Virus record (IMG/VR): IMGVR_UViG_3300035670_000065
Span: 32,001-96,000 of that record
Length of the DNA: 64,000 bases
Source of the DNA: a virus
Reading direction: 5' to 3' (one strand)
Below, in pieces: positions 38,220-47,854 of the stretch (position 1 is its first letter; every line of letters starts with the position of its first letter). The translations under genes were made by a program, and so were the position numbers. Below the pieces are notes generated by a model. It saw nothing but the letters and a program-made list of their open reading frames with translations. It had not been told where the DNA came from and made no database searches.

Positions 38220-40148
38220 TTAGCTCCACTTAAATGTGCTAACTCCTAGACCATTGGTCGTAGAGATTTGTGTCATACCAGTACGTAGGGAAGCTACGAA
38301 TACCTTACGCTGAGTTTCAACTAGATCTTGCGTATCGAAACGTAGACCACGCTGATTACCAACGATGAAGTTACCTGGAGCAAGACAGATTGCACCGATG
38401 TTTGTAGTAGCAGTATTTGCGCCACCAGCCTTAGTTGGGAATGCATCGCTAACTAGAATAGGTGTATTACCTACTGAACCAACTTGTCCAGTTAATAGCG
38501 TAGCAACAGCGCCTACCTTGTCAACTGTCTGGAATAGGGTGTCATCTAGAAGATCGTAATAGATCTCTGTAGAAACAACGAATACTAGCTCAGAAGGATC
38601 AAGACCCCAAGCACCTAGGTCCTTACGTAGTGCACGTAGGTTAGCAATAGATGCAGCACCTGTGTTAGTTGCTTGAACTGCTGCAGTCGCATCATAGATA
38701 GCAACGCCTTTAACAGGGTCAGCACCAGAACCAGCACCTAGTAGGAATGCCTTATCGACAGCCTTAGCAACACGACGAACCATTGCATCACGTACGATAG
38801 GAAGAATAGCGATTAGAGAATCTTCATCTTCTTCGTAGTTTAGGTACTCGTTAGTCGCTACTTTATATGCGCTTAGAGTAATTTCTGAGAATGGGTGAGT
38901 TTGTGTAGCACCTGGAGAAGCAGTAGTACCAAATGATGAATTAGCCATCCAAGTAGCAAATCCAGCTTCTGGATTTACAGGGATCTTCATCACGTTAGTA
39001 TTCATGCTTAGGTTACGGAATAGAGGAGCCATAACTAGACGACGGCGAATCTCGTTTTCCATATTTAGAGAAACTTCGGTTTCCCAAGTAGAAGAGTTGT
39101 CAGGCTGGTGAGGAGAAATACGAGCCTTTTCTAGAAGTGCATGACCGTACTTGGTAGCTTCTACGCTCTTGTTCATGATCTTAGCAGCTAGAACAGCTAG
39201 TTCTTTTTCTTTGTAAGAGATGCCGTCGCCGGAAGTCTTATCGCTGAAATTCATCTTGCTCTTCTGAATAGCTTCTAGTTCTTTAGCTTTTTCAGCAATA
39301 GCAGACTCTAGACCTTCTAGGGCTTTCTTTGAGCTATCTGATTGCTCGTTTAGGCGCTTTTCAACTTCGGCTAGAAGCTTTTCTGCACCGGACTCACGTA
39401 CTTCGATGGCTGCCTTAACAGCTGCATCAATTTCTGCCTTGCGCTTAACTTCAGCTTCAGCAGCAGCTTTTTCAGCTTTTTGCTTGTCTTCCATAGCTTT
39501 AGTAGCTGCAGCAGCTGCATCAGTAGCAGCCTTGGCAAGTAGTTGTTCAAGTTCTTTTGGATCCATATTCCATTCCTTTTTAATATCCGTAGCTTGAGGC
39601 GATGGAGGCGTAGACTCTTTAGTCTCTTTACTCTTTGCCACAAACTGGTTTTTAAATTTACTATAATCCTCGTCATTTTCGAATGACTTAGAAAGACTAA
39701 ACGTACTATCTTGATTACACGGTACTGATACTACTGAAATTTCTAGAAGTTCAAGCTCTTTTATTACGAAGAGATCAGTTACTGAATCATAAACAGCATC
39801 TTTGACGATAAATCCTACGCTAAAGGCTGTAAGGACTTCGTCTTTTATTAGGTTGTATACCTCTTCCGCTGCGGAAGAAATACGAGCTTTAATCCAAAGA
39901 CCCTTCTCATCAATCCTATGATCAACCATTCTACCGATAGGGTCGTCATGGTCATGATAAGCTAAAATGATAGGATTCTTTAGATAGTTGTTTAAGGCCT
40001 CATTCCATGCGGGCATTGGAATTACGTCTCCGGAACGATCTACTGCAGTTGTATTTGCATACCCCTCAATATAGATCGAGCCTCCAGATTCATCATCTCC
40101 GGCTGCCTTCTTGAAATACTGGTTTAAGTATAATATCTTATTTTCCAT
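38220..40148 (-). CDS. Prohead protease-major capsid protein fusion (HK97 fold, T5 pb11/pb8-like)
   Basis: N-terminal IEGYANT..VDR.GD, H.H..PIG, FSVGF, LLEISVVSVPCNQ; coiled-coil delta domain; capsid domain; internal SD+ATG at 39566. Confidence 0.9.
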   Translation of the reverse strand: MENKILYLNQYFKKAAGDDESGGSIYIEGYANTTAVDRSGDVIPMPAWNEALNNYLKNPIILAYHDHDDPIGRMVDHRIDEKGLWIKARISSAAEEVYNLIKDEVLTAFSVGFIVKDAVYDSVTDLFVIKELELLEISVVSVPCNQDSTFSLSKSFENDEDYSKFKNQFVAKSKETKESTPPSPQATDIKKEWNMDPKELEQLLAKAATDAAAAATKAMEDKQKAEKAAAEAEVKRKAEIDAAVKAAIEVRESGAEKLLAEVEKRLNEQSDSSKKALEGLESAIAEKAKELEAIQKSKMNFSDKTSGDGISYKEKELAVLAAKIMNKSVEATKYGHALLEKARISPHQPDNSSTWETEVSLNMENEIRRRLVMAPLFRNLSMNTNVMKIPVNPEAGFATWMANSSFGTTASPGATQTHPFSEITLSAYKVATNEYLNYEEDEDSLIAILPIVRDAMVRRVAKAVDKAFLLGAGSGADPVKGVAIYDATAAVQATNTGAASIANLRALRKDLGAWGLDPSELVFVVSTEIYYDLLDDTLFQTVDKVGAVATLLTGQVGSVGNTPILVSDAFPTKAGGANTATTNIGAICLAPGNFIVGNQRGLRFDTQDLVETQRKVFVASLRTGMTQISTTNGLGVSTFKWS

Positions 40149-40156
40149 AAGACTCC

Positions 40157-41350
40157 TTACTTCTCCGGATCTTTCGGTTTAGGGCCCGTAGCGGGTCGTC
40201 CACCTTGGTCTGGGTTTGTAGCAGAGCCTGCTATATTTGCCGGTACTCTTATTTCATCCTGACCCGAAATTGCAGCATAGCGTAGCTCTGCTCGGGCTTC
40301 GTTCGGGGTAATCACTCCACCGTTTACTAACGAAACATGATATGTAGCTATGTCTTTTATATCGGGTTGAAGGGCGGATACTGTAGAAGTAACGACCTCA
40401 ACATCGTAACCAAAGAAGCGTTCCATTGCTGACGTATAACGCTTCACAATAGGTACCACTGTCTCTAGATAAAATAGTCTTAGATTTGGAGAGATATTGG
40501 CATTATTTCCACCGTAGATCAGAACTTCCGGTACGCCTAATGCTAATAGAATCTTAATGTCATGGGTCTTGATAGAGTTATCAAAGTCCATATCTTTAAA
40601 ATTTGTGTCTCCGATGCTTTTTAGTTTTAAGCCAGAATCTAGGATCATGGGACGCTTAGCCCCGTTTTTGACGGAGTACTTAGTCATCCATCCTTGAATT
40701 GTGCGATCTTTCGCAATCTGGCTTAGAGTATTTTCTGTTTCGATAACGATACCTGCAATGGCGCCGTTATCGAAAAACTGTTCTTGGAAGGTTTGCATCT
40801 TATACATAATCTTAACAGATCTATCTGCTGCCATTAGGCGACTAGATCCTCTATATACTGAGGAACTGCTAAGATCTTTAATATGTATAATTTCGCTTGC
40901 TTTAAAATCGGTTTGGCCATTGTAAGTATACTTACTTACAAAGGTCTTAGTATCTGGTGTGACTGTAACATTTGCTGCTGGTAGATGGTATAAAAACACT
41001 CCATCGTAGTACAGGAAGATATTACCTTCTAATATAAAATCTGTGAATATATGAGTTCTAAACTCTTGAGCAGATTGGTAAGGGTTAGGGCGGAAGTTCA
41101 GTAAATTAATTAATGCCTTCTGCTTTACACCTACTACTACGCCTTCAATAGTCTTGTCCTTAACATCGAAATCCAGGCTTGCACACGCTGAAACAATTAA
41201 GTTAGTACCGCGGTTAACGGCTTCCAACTTATCGAATGCTTGAGCATATGTAATACTAGCATCTGTGCCAATGAACATTCCTTCGGCTTGGGCTATCTGC
41301 TCCTGTGCTGGGTTCGCTTTACGAAACCAGTTTATAGGATTCCAGTTCAT
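40157..41350 (-). CDS. Portal protein
   Basis: LLNFRPNPYQ, F.NGA..G, ALGVP, GVITPNEAR. Confidence 0.9.
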   Translation of the reverse strand: MNWNPINWFRKANPAQEQIAQAEGMFIGTDASITYAQAFDKLEAVNRGTNLIVSACASLDFDVKDKTIEGVVVGVKQKALINLLNFRPNPYQSAQEFRTHIFTDFILEGNIFLYYDGVFLYHLPAANVTVTPDTKTFVSKYTYNGQTDFKASEIIHIKDLSSSSVYRGSSRLMAADRSVKIMYKMQTFQEQFFDNGAIAGIVIETENTLSQIAKDRTIQGWMTKYSVKNGAKRPMILDSGLKLKSIGDTNFKDMDFDNSIKTHDIKILLALGVPEVLIYGGNNANISPNLRLFYLETVVPIVKRYTSAMERFFGYDVEVVTSTVSALQPDIKDIATYHVSLVNGGVITPNEARAELRYAAISGQDEIRVPANIAGSATNPDQGGRPATGPKPKDPEK

Positions 41351-41358
41351 GTTGTTCC

Positions 41359-41778
41359 TTAGTAGAACGAGCTAAACATTCCTTTTGGCTTGTCGTCAAC
41401 AAGTCCTAAAGCTTTAGCTTTTTGCTTCTCTATCCAACGACACTGTTTATCTGACGTATGAAGTGCGGGCGCTTTTCCAAATACGCGATGTAATGCAACG
41501 TGATGTTTATTACAAAGTGTAAACACTAAATCGTAGATCTCAGAACGATGGGCGTCAATGAACTGATCTCGGATGGCTAATACTGCTTCGTCACTACTAA
41601 TATCGTGGTTATGCTCTTTAGCCCACTTTTCAAGCAGTAGGGTCAATGAGTTCGTATGGTGCAATTCTAGGTCAACTGCAGAGGAACAAATAAAGCAAGC
41701 GCTCTGTTTCTCGTATGCTGCCTTCGCACCGTCTCGGATCCATTTGACAGCCACCCGCTTATTAGTATTTACAGCCAT
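41359..41778 (-). CDS. T5-like nicking endonuclease (HNH-type)
   Basis: KWIRD.AK..Y.K...C.IC, LELHH, TLC..HH..LH; portal-adjacent position as in T5. Confidence 0.75.
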   Translation of the reverse strand: MAVNTNKRVAVKWIRDGAKAAYEKQSACFICSSAVDLELHHTNSLTLLLEKWAKEHNHDISSDEAVLAIRDQFIDAHRSEIYDLVFTLCNKHHVALHRVFGKAPALHTSDKQCRWIEKQKAKALGLVDDKPKGMFSSFY

Positions 41779-41809
41779 TCATTTTTCCTACTTCAGTTTA
41801 TTTTTAACT

Positions 41810-41838
41810 ATTATACCCCCGGAGCTAGCCAATGTCAA
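41810..41838 (-). promoter_or_regulatory. sigma70 late promoter for head genes
   Basis: TTGACA-17-TATAAT; terminator hairpin just upstream at about 41868-41891. Confidence 0.85.
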
Positions 41839-41896
41839 GAATAAAATTTTTCATGCTCTATAGATACAAAAAAGCCCGCACAAGGCGGGCTGATTG

Positions 41897-42448
41897 TTAC
41901 CAGTTAAAAATGCGGGCTAGTAGCCCTCGGTTCTTGACCCTAGAAAGCTCTTTTAATAGGTGTTCTTCTTTTTCTGCTAATTTATGAAACTCTACTGCAA
42001 GTTCCTTGAACGCCTGGGCATTTTTAATTACCTTCATTTCGGCAATATGGTCTAGTTCCTGCTGTTCTAGTTCTTGCTCTAAAAGAGCTATCTTATCTTG
42101 GTTTATTTTATTTCCATCTAGCATATTAGCAACTGAGTATTTTAGTAGGGGCAGGTGCCATTCCTGCAGGTTAGGGTCGAAGTCTTCCCTAGTAGTGTTT
42201 AGGATCTCATCCGACCAATAGTTATGAATGAATATAGGCTCTACTAAACTAAGGTGATCTGCATGGCACTCGAAAAGAACTTCACCCTCAGGATGCCCCT
42301 GCCTATCAAATTCAGCTTGCATAGCTTTAGCAGCTTTGCCTTCAGTCATCTTCTTAAAATGCTCTTTCCAACGACGTACTATGTCGTTGGATTTGCCTAT
42401 GTAGTAACGCCCACTCTTGAAGGTGAGTTTATATATTCCGCTAGTCAT
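41897..42448 (-). CDS. GIY-YIG endonuclease with C-terminal coiled coil
   Basis: SGIYKL...YYIGKS.DI.RRW.EH. Confidence 0.8.
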   Translation of the reverse strand: MTSGIYKLTFKSGRYYIGKSNDIVRRWKEHFKKMTEGKAAKAMQAEFDRQGHPEGEVLFECHADHLSLVEPIFIHNYWSDEILNTTREDFDPNLQEWHLPLLKYSVANMLDGNKINQDKIALLEQELEQQELDHIAEMKVIKNAQAFKELAVEFHKLAEKEEHLLKELSRVKNRGLLARIFNW

Positions 42449-42659
42449 TTATCTTGTTCCATGCTTCAATTAGTATATCTTCGTAGTCTTCATAGTAGTG
42501 AGGATCGCAGTCCATCCTAAGAGAGGCTCCACATTTCTGACCTAAAGTGTCGGAGCATTGCACACTCATAGATTGCCAAGCCCATCCATAACACTCTGAC
42601 GCAGCTCCTCCATAATCAACTGAAGCAGGAGATCCACATTGTTTGCAGTTCTTAATCAT
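42441..42659 (-). CDS. Lar-like zinc-ribbon protein
   Basis: CKQCG...VQC...CGA...EAWN. Confidence 0.5.
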   Translation of the reverse strand: MIKNCKQCGSPASVDYGGAASECYGWAWQSMSVQCSDTLGQKCGASLRMDCDPHYYEDYEDILIEAWNKIND

Positions 42660-43969
42660 ATTGTAAAGGTATAAAGTGCGTATCTAAGGGCATCCGCTAT
42701 GTGCGACGCCGAGTTGTGAATAGGTTTCTCGCGTTGTAGAGCTTCGTTAGGATCCCATTGGTATTGGTCTAGAGAATCTAAAGTATGAATACATTTATGT
42801 AGCACTTTTAAACGACCCTGTTGTACTAGGGTCTGAACGTACGCGATTCCTTCTAGAACTGCCTTGTTTGCTTTAATTGTAGCTATATCATAGTTGTAAG
42901 CTAAGTCAGCTCCGAACTGAGCTGCAGCAGAGTCGATGAAGATCGTCTCTACATCATGCCGTCTAATGATTTCGCGCAGTTCTTTAGCGTGTTGTGCGGT
43001 TGTTTTTTCAGCTTCTAAATAGTCCTCGATAACACAGAACCAGTCTTCTTCCACGTTGTAAGCTATAACTACGAAAGCAGTAGGGTCTTTGTACCCTGGA
43101 TCTAGGCCGCCAAATATCTCGTACTTACCTTCTGGTAGTTCTTCAATTATGTGCTCGGCTTCTAAAGTATAGATTTGACCTTCGAAGCTGTTGAATGACG
43201 CTTCGTATTCTTGCTCGAATTCAGCCTTGGACATGGTCAGCCGCGCTTCGGCAACGTCAGCTTCGCTCATCCTAGAATTCTCTCGCCAGTCGGCGTGGAT
43301 CGAGATCCATTCTTTCATGTCTGGAGATACGCCGCGGTTAAAGAACTGGCTAAACCAGTTTTTCTTACCTCGAGGCGTCGAAATGAATATAGCTTTCGAA
43401 CCTGGTCTATCTAGGGTCGGACGCAACGACACATTAAAAGCAGCCTCACCGTCGCTACTCAGAGCAGCCTCATCAAAGATAATCAAGTTGTAGGATCTTC
43501 CCACACAAGAATCCACCATTGACACGCTACCCATGCGAATTGTACTACCGTTTGATAGCTCTAGTACGCGTTCTTTAAGGTTATCTCGCTCCAATTCTAG
43601 GTCGAACTGCCGTATGAGTTTACGTTGTAGCTCGAACGAGATCGTCGACAAAGCATAGTTAGGTGACATAATCAGCACGTTCTGGTTTGGCACTAGAGCG
43701 ACCATTTGACCGATGATGTTCGCGGCAAAAGTTTTGCCCAGACGACGCGAAAGTGCTGCGCAAACGAATCTGTACTGAGGGTCATTAACTGCGTTAATTA
43801 ATGCAATTTGGGGTGCGTTCAAGTCATCAAAGACTGTACGTGGCTCTGCACTAGTAACAGGACTAGGAAGAAGTTTCATATAAGAATCAATAGGAAGCTT
43901 AATAAACCGCTTGTCCCCAAAGTTAATCAAGTGAGTAGTTGTTACACCCGGTCTACTAACTTTAAGCAT
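42656..43969 (-). CDS. terL: Terminase large subunit
   Basis: SRRLGKT Walker A, IIFDEAA Walker B, ISTPRG, GLDPG..D, H.ADALRY. Confidence 0.95.
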   Translation of the reverse strand: MLKVSRPGVTTTHLINFGDKRFIKLPIDSYMKLLPSPVTSAEPRTVFDDLNAPQIALINAVNDPQYRFVCAALSRRLGKTFAANIIGQMVALVPNQNVLIMSPNYALSTISFELQRKLIRQFDLELERDNLKERVLELSNGSTIRMGSVSMVDSCVGRSYNLIIFDEAALSSDGEAAFNVSLRPTLDRPGSKAIFISTPRGKKNWFSQFFNRGVSPDMKEWISIHADWRENSRMSEADVAEARLTMSKAEFEQEYEASFNSFEGQIYTLEAEHIIEELPEGKYEIFGGLDPGYKDPTAFVVIAYNVEEDWFCVIEDYLEAEKTTAQHAKELREIIRRHDVETIFIDSAAAQFGADLAYNYDIATIKANKAVLEGIAYVQTLVQQGRLKVLHKCIHTLDSLDQYQWDPNEALQREKPIHNSASHIADALRYALYTFTI

Positions 43970-45182
43970 AAACTAACTCACGTAAATCTTTCTCAACGCA
44001 GTCAAATACATATTCCCACGATTGAGGATTATCATATATTTCAACGTCATTATACCACACACTACGTCGTACACCATTACCCCATCTAAAGTCAGTCTCC
44101 TTATACGGCTGCAATACCCAAGTTCTAGCCCCAAGAGACCCAGCTAAATGAACTACAGATGTATCTACCGAAATTACGAGATCAAGTCCGTTAATACACT
44201 CCGCCGTATCAGTCCACGAGCCAATGTCCAACGAACGCACATACGGAGGAACGATAGCACCGGGCGCCAGACTATATAAGTTGCAAAAATTAGCAAGCCG
44301 CTTAAAACGCCCCACACTAGTGCTACGATACCTATCATTAGCATGAGTAGGAGAGCCAGCCCATACAATACCAACATTGAAGCCCGGACCAATATCTCTA
44401 ACACTGAATTTACCACGTAACCAATCTCCACTAGGAATATCACTAAAACACTCGCCTAAACTACAAATAGGGTAGGCCACTAAATCAGACGACGAAATAT
44501 CCACCGCATCCCGCACACACTCATAATCGCTAAAAAGTACCTCTAAAGAAGGGTGGCATTGGACGAATACTCGCTCAAACTTTTCAGCTAATAATGACAA
44601 GTACCTACCAAACATAATATTATCCCCAATACCTTGTTCGGTTAAAACTACTATATCCTTACCAGGACTAACACGATCCCAGTAGTTCAGTCCTTCCCGT
44701 GTATTCTTTAGCTTAATAGGAGGATTCTTTAGGAACCTAGCACGGTACTCCTCCCAAGCTGGTGGAAATACATCGAGCTTTCCAGAACTAGCTTGACGTA
44801 AAAGAGCAGTAGATAGATTCCAATGCGCTTCCCAGAAATCTCCCTTGCGCATGATAGCCTTCATGTACGTATCTACAGCACGAGTATCGTCCCCATACAT
44901 ATAGTACGCTAGACCTAAATTGTTGAGAGCGTGCAAATCGGTTCCGCTATTAGGGTCTAGGAAAGGGACTTTATCTTCTAAAGCCAGTTTATAGCAGCGT
45001 ATCATATCTTTGTCTTGGCCTAATGCTTTATAGCAGTTGCCAATATTTACATACGCTTCTTTACATGGATACTCCGCTAATACTTTTTTAAGCATTGGAA
45101 GTGCCCTTTTCACGTTACCTTTAGTTAGGTACTCTGTTGCCTTATTATAGTCTAAGGTTATTTTAGTTAAGTTTTCTATCAT
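43962..45182 (-). CDS. TPR-repeat glycosyltransferase (GT9-like C-terminus)
   Basis: TPR helices (AYVNIGN, ALNNLGL, AHWNLS); EQGIGDNIMF.RY; VGIVWAGSP.H.ND..RS; DLVISVDTSV.HLAG.LG; D.RW...WY. Confidence 0.85.
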   Translation of the reverse strand: MIENLTKITLDYNKATEYLTKGNVKRALPMLKKVLAEYPCKEAYVNIGNCYKALGQDKDMIRCYKLALEDKVPFLDPNSGTDLHALNNLGLAYYMYGDDTRAVDTYMKAIMRKGDFWEAHWNLSTALLRQASSGKLDVFPPAWEEYRARFLKNPPIKLKNTREGLNYWDRVSPGKDIVVLTEQGIGDNIMFGRYLSLLAEKFERVFVQCHPSLEVLFSDYECVRDAVDISSSDLVAYPICSLGECFSDIPSGDWLRGKFSVRDIGPGFNVGIVWAGSPTHANDRYRSTSVGRFKRLANFCNLYSLAPGAIVPPYVRSLDIGSWTDTAECINGLDLVISVDTSVVHLAGSLGARTWVLQPYKETDFRWGNGVRRSVWYNDVEIYDNPQSWEYVFDCVEKDLRELVYA

Positions 45183-45655
45183 TCTTTCGGCGCTAAAAGT
45201 TTTGCTATAAGGCTACCATACTTGGTGCCGTCCCCGCCAAACTCATTCATTTGAACATTTACCTGAGTCTGGACTTTGTTTCCTTGTTTTATCTTCTCTA
45301 ATTGAATCTCCCGGTCTAAGATATCCATTGACATCTTGTGAGACATCTGTAGTAAATCTGCGATATCCTTTGACGATCCGACCTCAGCCTCATCTAACTC
45401 TTCAAGCTTTTTCTGGATGAGTAAATCCATGACTTGTCGCATTCTAAAGCGATTGTTGAACCCTATGTCAGCGAACACGGAATTAATGTACGCTCGCACT
45501 TCAGGGCGCTCTAGGATCTCTGCGATGTGATCTTTAGGGTAACCTAAAGCATCTGATACTTTTTGGATCGAATTACATCCAAGATATTCATTTGCGACCT
45601 CTAACCCCTCAGGGGAGATCTGTACTGCTTGGGCTGGAGAGGCTACTGGTAACAT
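45179..45655 (-). CDS. terS: Terminase small subunit (T5-like)
   Basis: SPEGL.V...YL, GF.NR, KLEEL.E...GS.KDI..LL, Y..L..KL. Confidence 0.8.
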   Translation of the reverse strand: MLPVASPAQAVQISPEGLEVANEYLGCNSIQKVSDALGYPKDHIAEILERPEVRAYINSVFADIGFNNRFRMRQVMDLLIQKKLEELDEAEVGSSKDIADLLQMSHKMSMDILDREIQLEKIKQGNKVQTQVNVQMNEFGGDGTKYGSLIAKLLAPKE

Positions 45656-45684
45656 AATAGGATAAAAGTTGTGGCAATGATGAT

Positions 45685-45713
45685 ATTATAGCAGGTTTAG
45701 GGAATGTTGTCAA
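45685..45713 (-). promoter_or_regulatory. sigma70 promoter for the terminase operon
   Basis: TTGACA-17-TATAAT. Confidence 0.85.
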
Positions 45714-45988
45714 GTGTGAAAATTTTGGATGGGTGTGGACACGATGCTACACCTTAGGGTCGATAGCGAAAAAACCAAAATATTTTCTCTGCGTGCTACA
45801 CTTGTTACACCTTAGGGTCAGTCGAAAAATCTCATAATATTTTCTCTGGGGGTGGGCCCTGCTGTTGTAGGAAAACAACAAGTCTACTAACCCCCTCTAT
45901 TATAGCACACTTCCTTCTCACGTGTCAAATCAAATTTTCTTATGTATATAATAAACTTTCCTTATATGCCTGGAGCATACCCTGGCCC

Positions 45989-46043
45989 TGTTACAATTTG
46001 TTACAATTAGATGCTTGCATTGCGATGCGAATCGGAGCATAAT
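45989..46043 (+). promoter_or_regulatory. Pre-early promoter with TGTTACA-N3-TGTTACA box
   Basis: Box 45989-46005; TTGCAT-17-CATAAT; near-duplicate at 46894-46948. Confidence 0.75.
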
Positions 46044-46076
46044 AGCTTCATTGGATGACTAACGAGGTAACACGAA

Positions 46077-46202
46077 ATGACACAGAAACTGTTTAACGCA
46101 TACGCAACAAAGCATGGCATCTTCACCGCTATCTCGTTGTTCCATGTGCTCACGCAAGACAAGGCTCTCATCAAGAATTTGGTTACAGAATTTCGCACTT
46201 GA
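46077..46202 (+). CDS. Small pre-early protein (41 aa)
   Basis: GAGG SD, MTQKLFNAYATKHG..., downstream of a promoter. Confidence 0.5.
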   Translation: MTQKLFNAYATKHGIFTAISLFHVLTQDKALIKNLVTEFRT

Positions 46203-46257
46203 TTTTGTTGTTTAACTGATTTATAATAGATTCTTACACACTACGAAAGGAAACAAA

Positions 46258-46602
46258 ATGACTACCAAAACCGTGAATTACACTCCTGAGCAAACTGCTG
46301 CCGTTGTTGCTGATTACCAAGCAGGCGTGAGCGTTGAGCAAATTGCTGTTGCTGTGGGCAAGAGCGTGCGAAGCGTGGTTGCGAAACTGTCACGTGAGGG
46401 CGTATATGCCAAGAAGGTATATACTACGAAGAACGGTGATGCCGTTGTCAAGAAGGACGCACTAGCGTCTGAGCTGATGCTGTTGGTCGGTCTGACCGAG
46501 GCCGAGGCCGATAGCTTGGCTAAGGCTAACAAGACAGCGTTGGCTAAGATCGTGGCCGTTGTCAAGGCTAACGTGGTGAGCGATGCTAATGACGTAAGCT
46601 AA
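46258..46602 (+). CDS. A2-like DNA-binding protein (paralogue 1)
   Basis: NYT.E....V..Y, IA..VGKSVRS.VAKLSREGVY..K, V.K, SL.KANK; resembles T5 A2. Confidence 0.7.
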   Translation: MTTKTVNYTPEQTAAVVADYQAGVSVEQIAVAVGKSVRSVVAKLSREGVYAKKVYTTKNGDAVVKKDALASELMLLVGLTEAEADSLAKANKTALAKIVAVVKANVVSDANDVS

Positions 46603-46665
46603 TAGCATAACATTATGCCGATGGCGTAAGCTGTCGGCATAATGTTAGCATTATGTGAAGCGAAT

Positions 46666-46735
46666 AAAAAAGGCCTTATAAATCAAGGACTTAGGCCAGG
46701 GGCCTGGCTAACCTATTGATTTATAAGGCTTTTTT
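46666..46735. repeat. Palindromic double-IHF element 1
   Basis: A-tract..AATCAAGGACTTA-15 bp GC core-TAACCTATTGATT..T-tract. Confidence 0.85.
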
Positions 46736-46982
46736 GGGTGTTGTAAAAATACCACAGGCGCGCCATTATACCACATCCCCCTAGGGATGTCAAATAGAAT
46801 GTTTTTATAATCAGCATAAGGTGAGCTTATATGCTGTTAGCATACTAGCCTATGCTAACAGCATAATGACACGAGCATACCCTGGCCGATTCCTGTTACA
46901 TCTTGTTACAATTAGGCGCTTGCATTTCCTGGGCGATGAGAGCATAATACATTCATTGGATAAATGAATGAAAGGAAACAAA

Positions 46983-47293
46983 ATGTTCGGAAGCACTTTT
47001 AACAGCAATTACATCATCGCGATGATGGACGTTTATTTCGAATCCGTAGAAGATACTAATCTCGGAATGGAAGAAACTGTTTATATTCTTTTTAGCATGG
47101 GATGCGAGATCTAATCATGTTTAACATTATTCTTACCGATACTTATAACGACTATTCAAAGACGGTTTTCCGTTCTAATTCGCGTGAAATGGCAATTCAG
47201 ATTCGCGATGAAATGAATCGCTTGAATGCTGAGGCTGCCCGCTTGACTGGTCGCGCTATCCGTTATGCTTATTCGATTCTTCAGGTAAAATAA
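46983..47293 (+). CDS. Two small pre-early ORFs (46983-47114, 47117-47293)
   Basis: AAGGA SD downstream of promoter 46920-46948; tightly packed. Confidence 0.55.
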
Positions 47294-47294
47294 A

Positions 47295-47678
47295 ATGGCT
47301 AAATATGATACCGTTAAATTGCAGCGCATCGCGGAAACGTGGGCGATGGAATGGTGGAAGGCTGCGCGTAAAATATGGGGTGATAATATCGGCGCAATGC
47401 CTGCAATTAGAATGAATCCGCGTTTAACTGCTACGGGCGGGCGTGCATTCCTAGATCATAACTATTGCGATTTTTCATGTTATCTCATGGAACGGGAACC
47501 GGACTATTATAAATCAAATACTATTCCGCATGAATTGGCGCATCATATTGCATGGCGTTTATATAAAGATAATGGACACGGCAAGGCATGGAAGGACGTT
47601 TCTAAAATGTTATATGGCGATGATAATCGCTGTCACTCCATGGGAACAAAATACCATCATCAAAAGGCGGGTAAATAA
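47295..47678 (+). CDS. SprT-like zinc metalloprotease
   Basis: N.RL..TGG.A; TIPHELAH; GHGKAWK; RCH. Confidence 0.8.
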   Translation: MAKYDTVKLQRIAETWAMEWWKAARKIWGDNIGAMPAIRMNPRLTATGGRAFLDHNYCDFSCYLMEREPDYYKSNTIPHELAHHIAWRLYKDNGHGKAWKDVSKMLYGDDNRCHSMGTKYHHQKAGK

Positions 47679-47786
47679 TATGCTTGGGCTAATAATGTTT
47701 ATTTCAATTATGATACTTATCAATGCCGTATTATTGGAAATATATTACGACGATGACTAGGCAAGGAACGTGCCAGGAGCAATAAG

Positions 47787-47854
47787 AAAAAGGCCTTTAG
47801 AATCAAGGACTTACGGGGGCCCTGGCCTAAGCCTTTGATTTATAAGGCTTTTTT
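47787..47854. repeat. Palindromic double-IHF element 2
   Basis: AATCAAGGACTTA-14-TAAGCCTTTGATT. Confidence 0.85.

Noticed and set aside
213-44443. Plus-strand and alternate-frame ORFs in the late region (e.g. 213, 4621, 17646, 26547, 29754, 43191)
   Set aside because: Shadows of the long minus-strand genes; no SD or motifs
46632-46661. dif/cer-like XerCD site (TGTCGGCATAA-8-TTATGTGAAGC)
   Set aside because: Single copy, weak XerD arm, and explained as the right arm of the hairpin after the A2-like gene; not fully excluded
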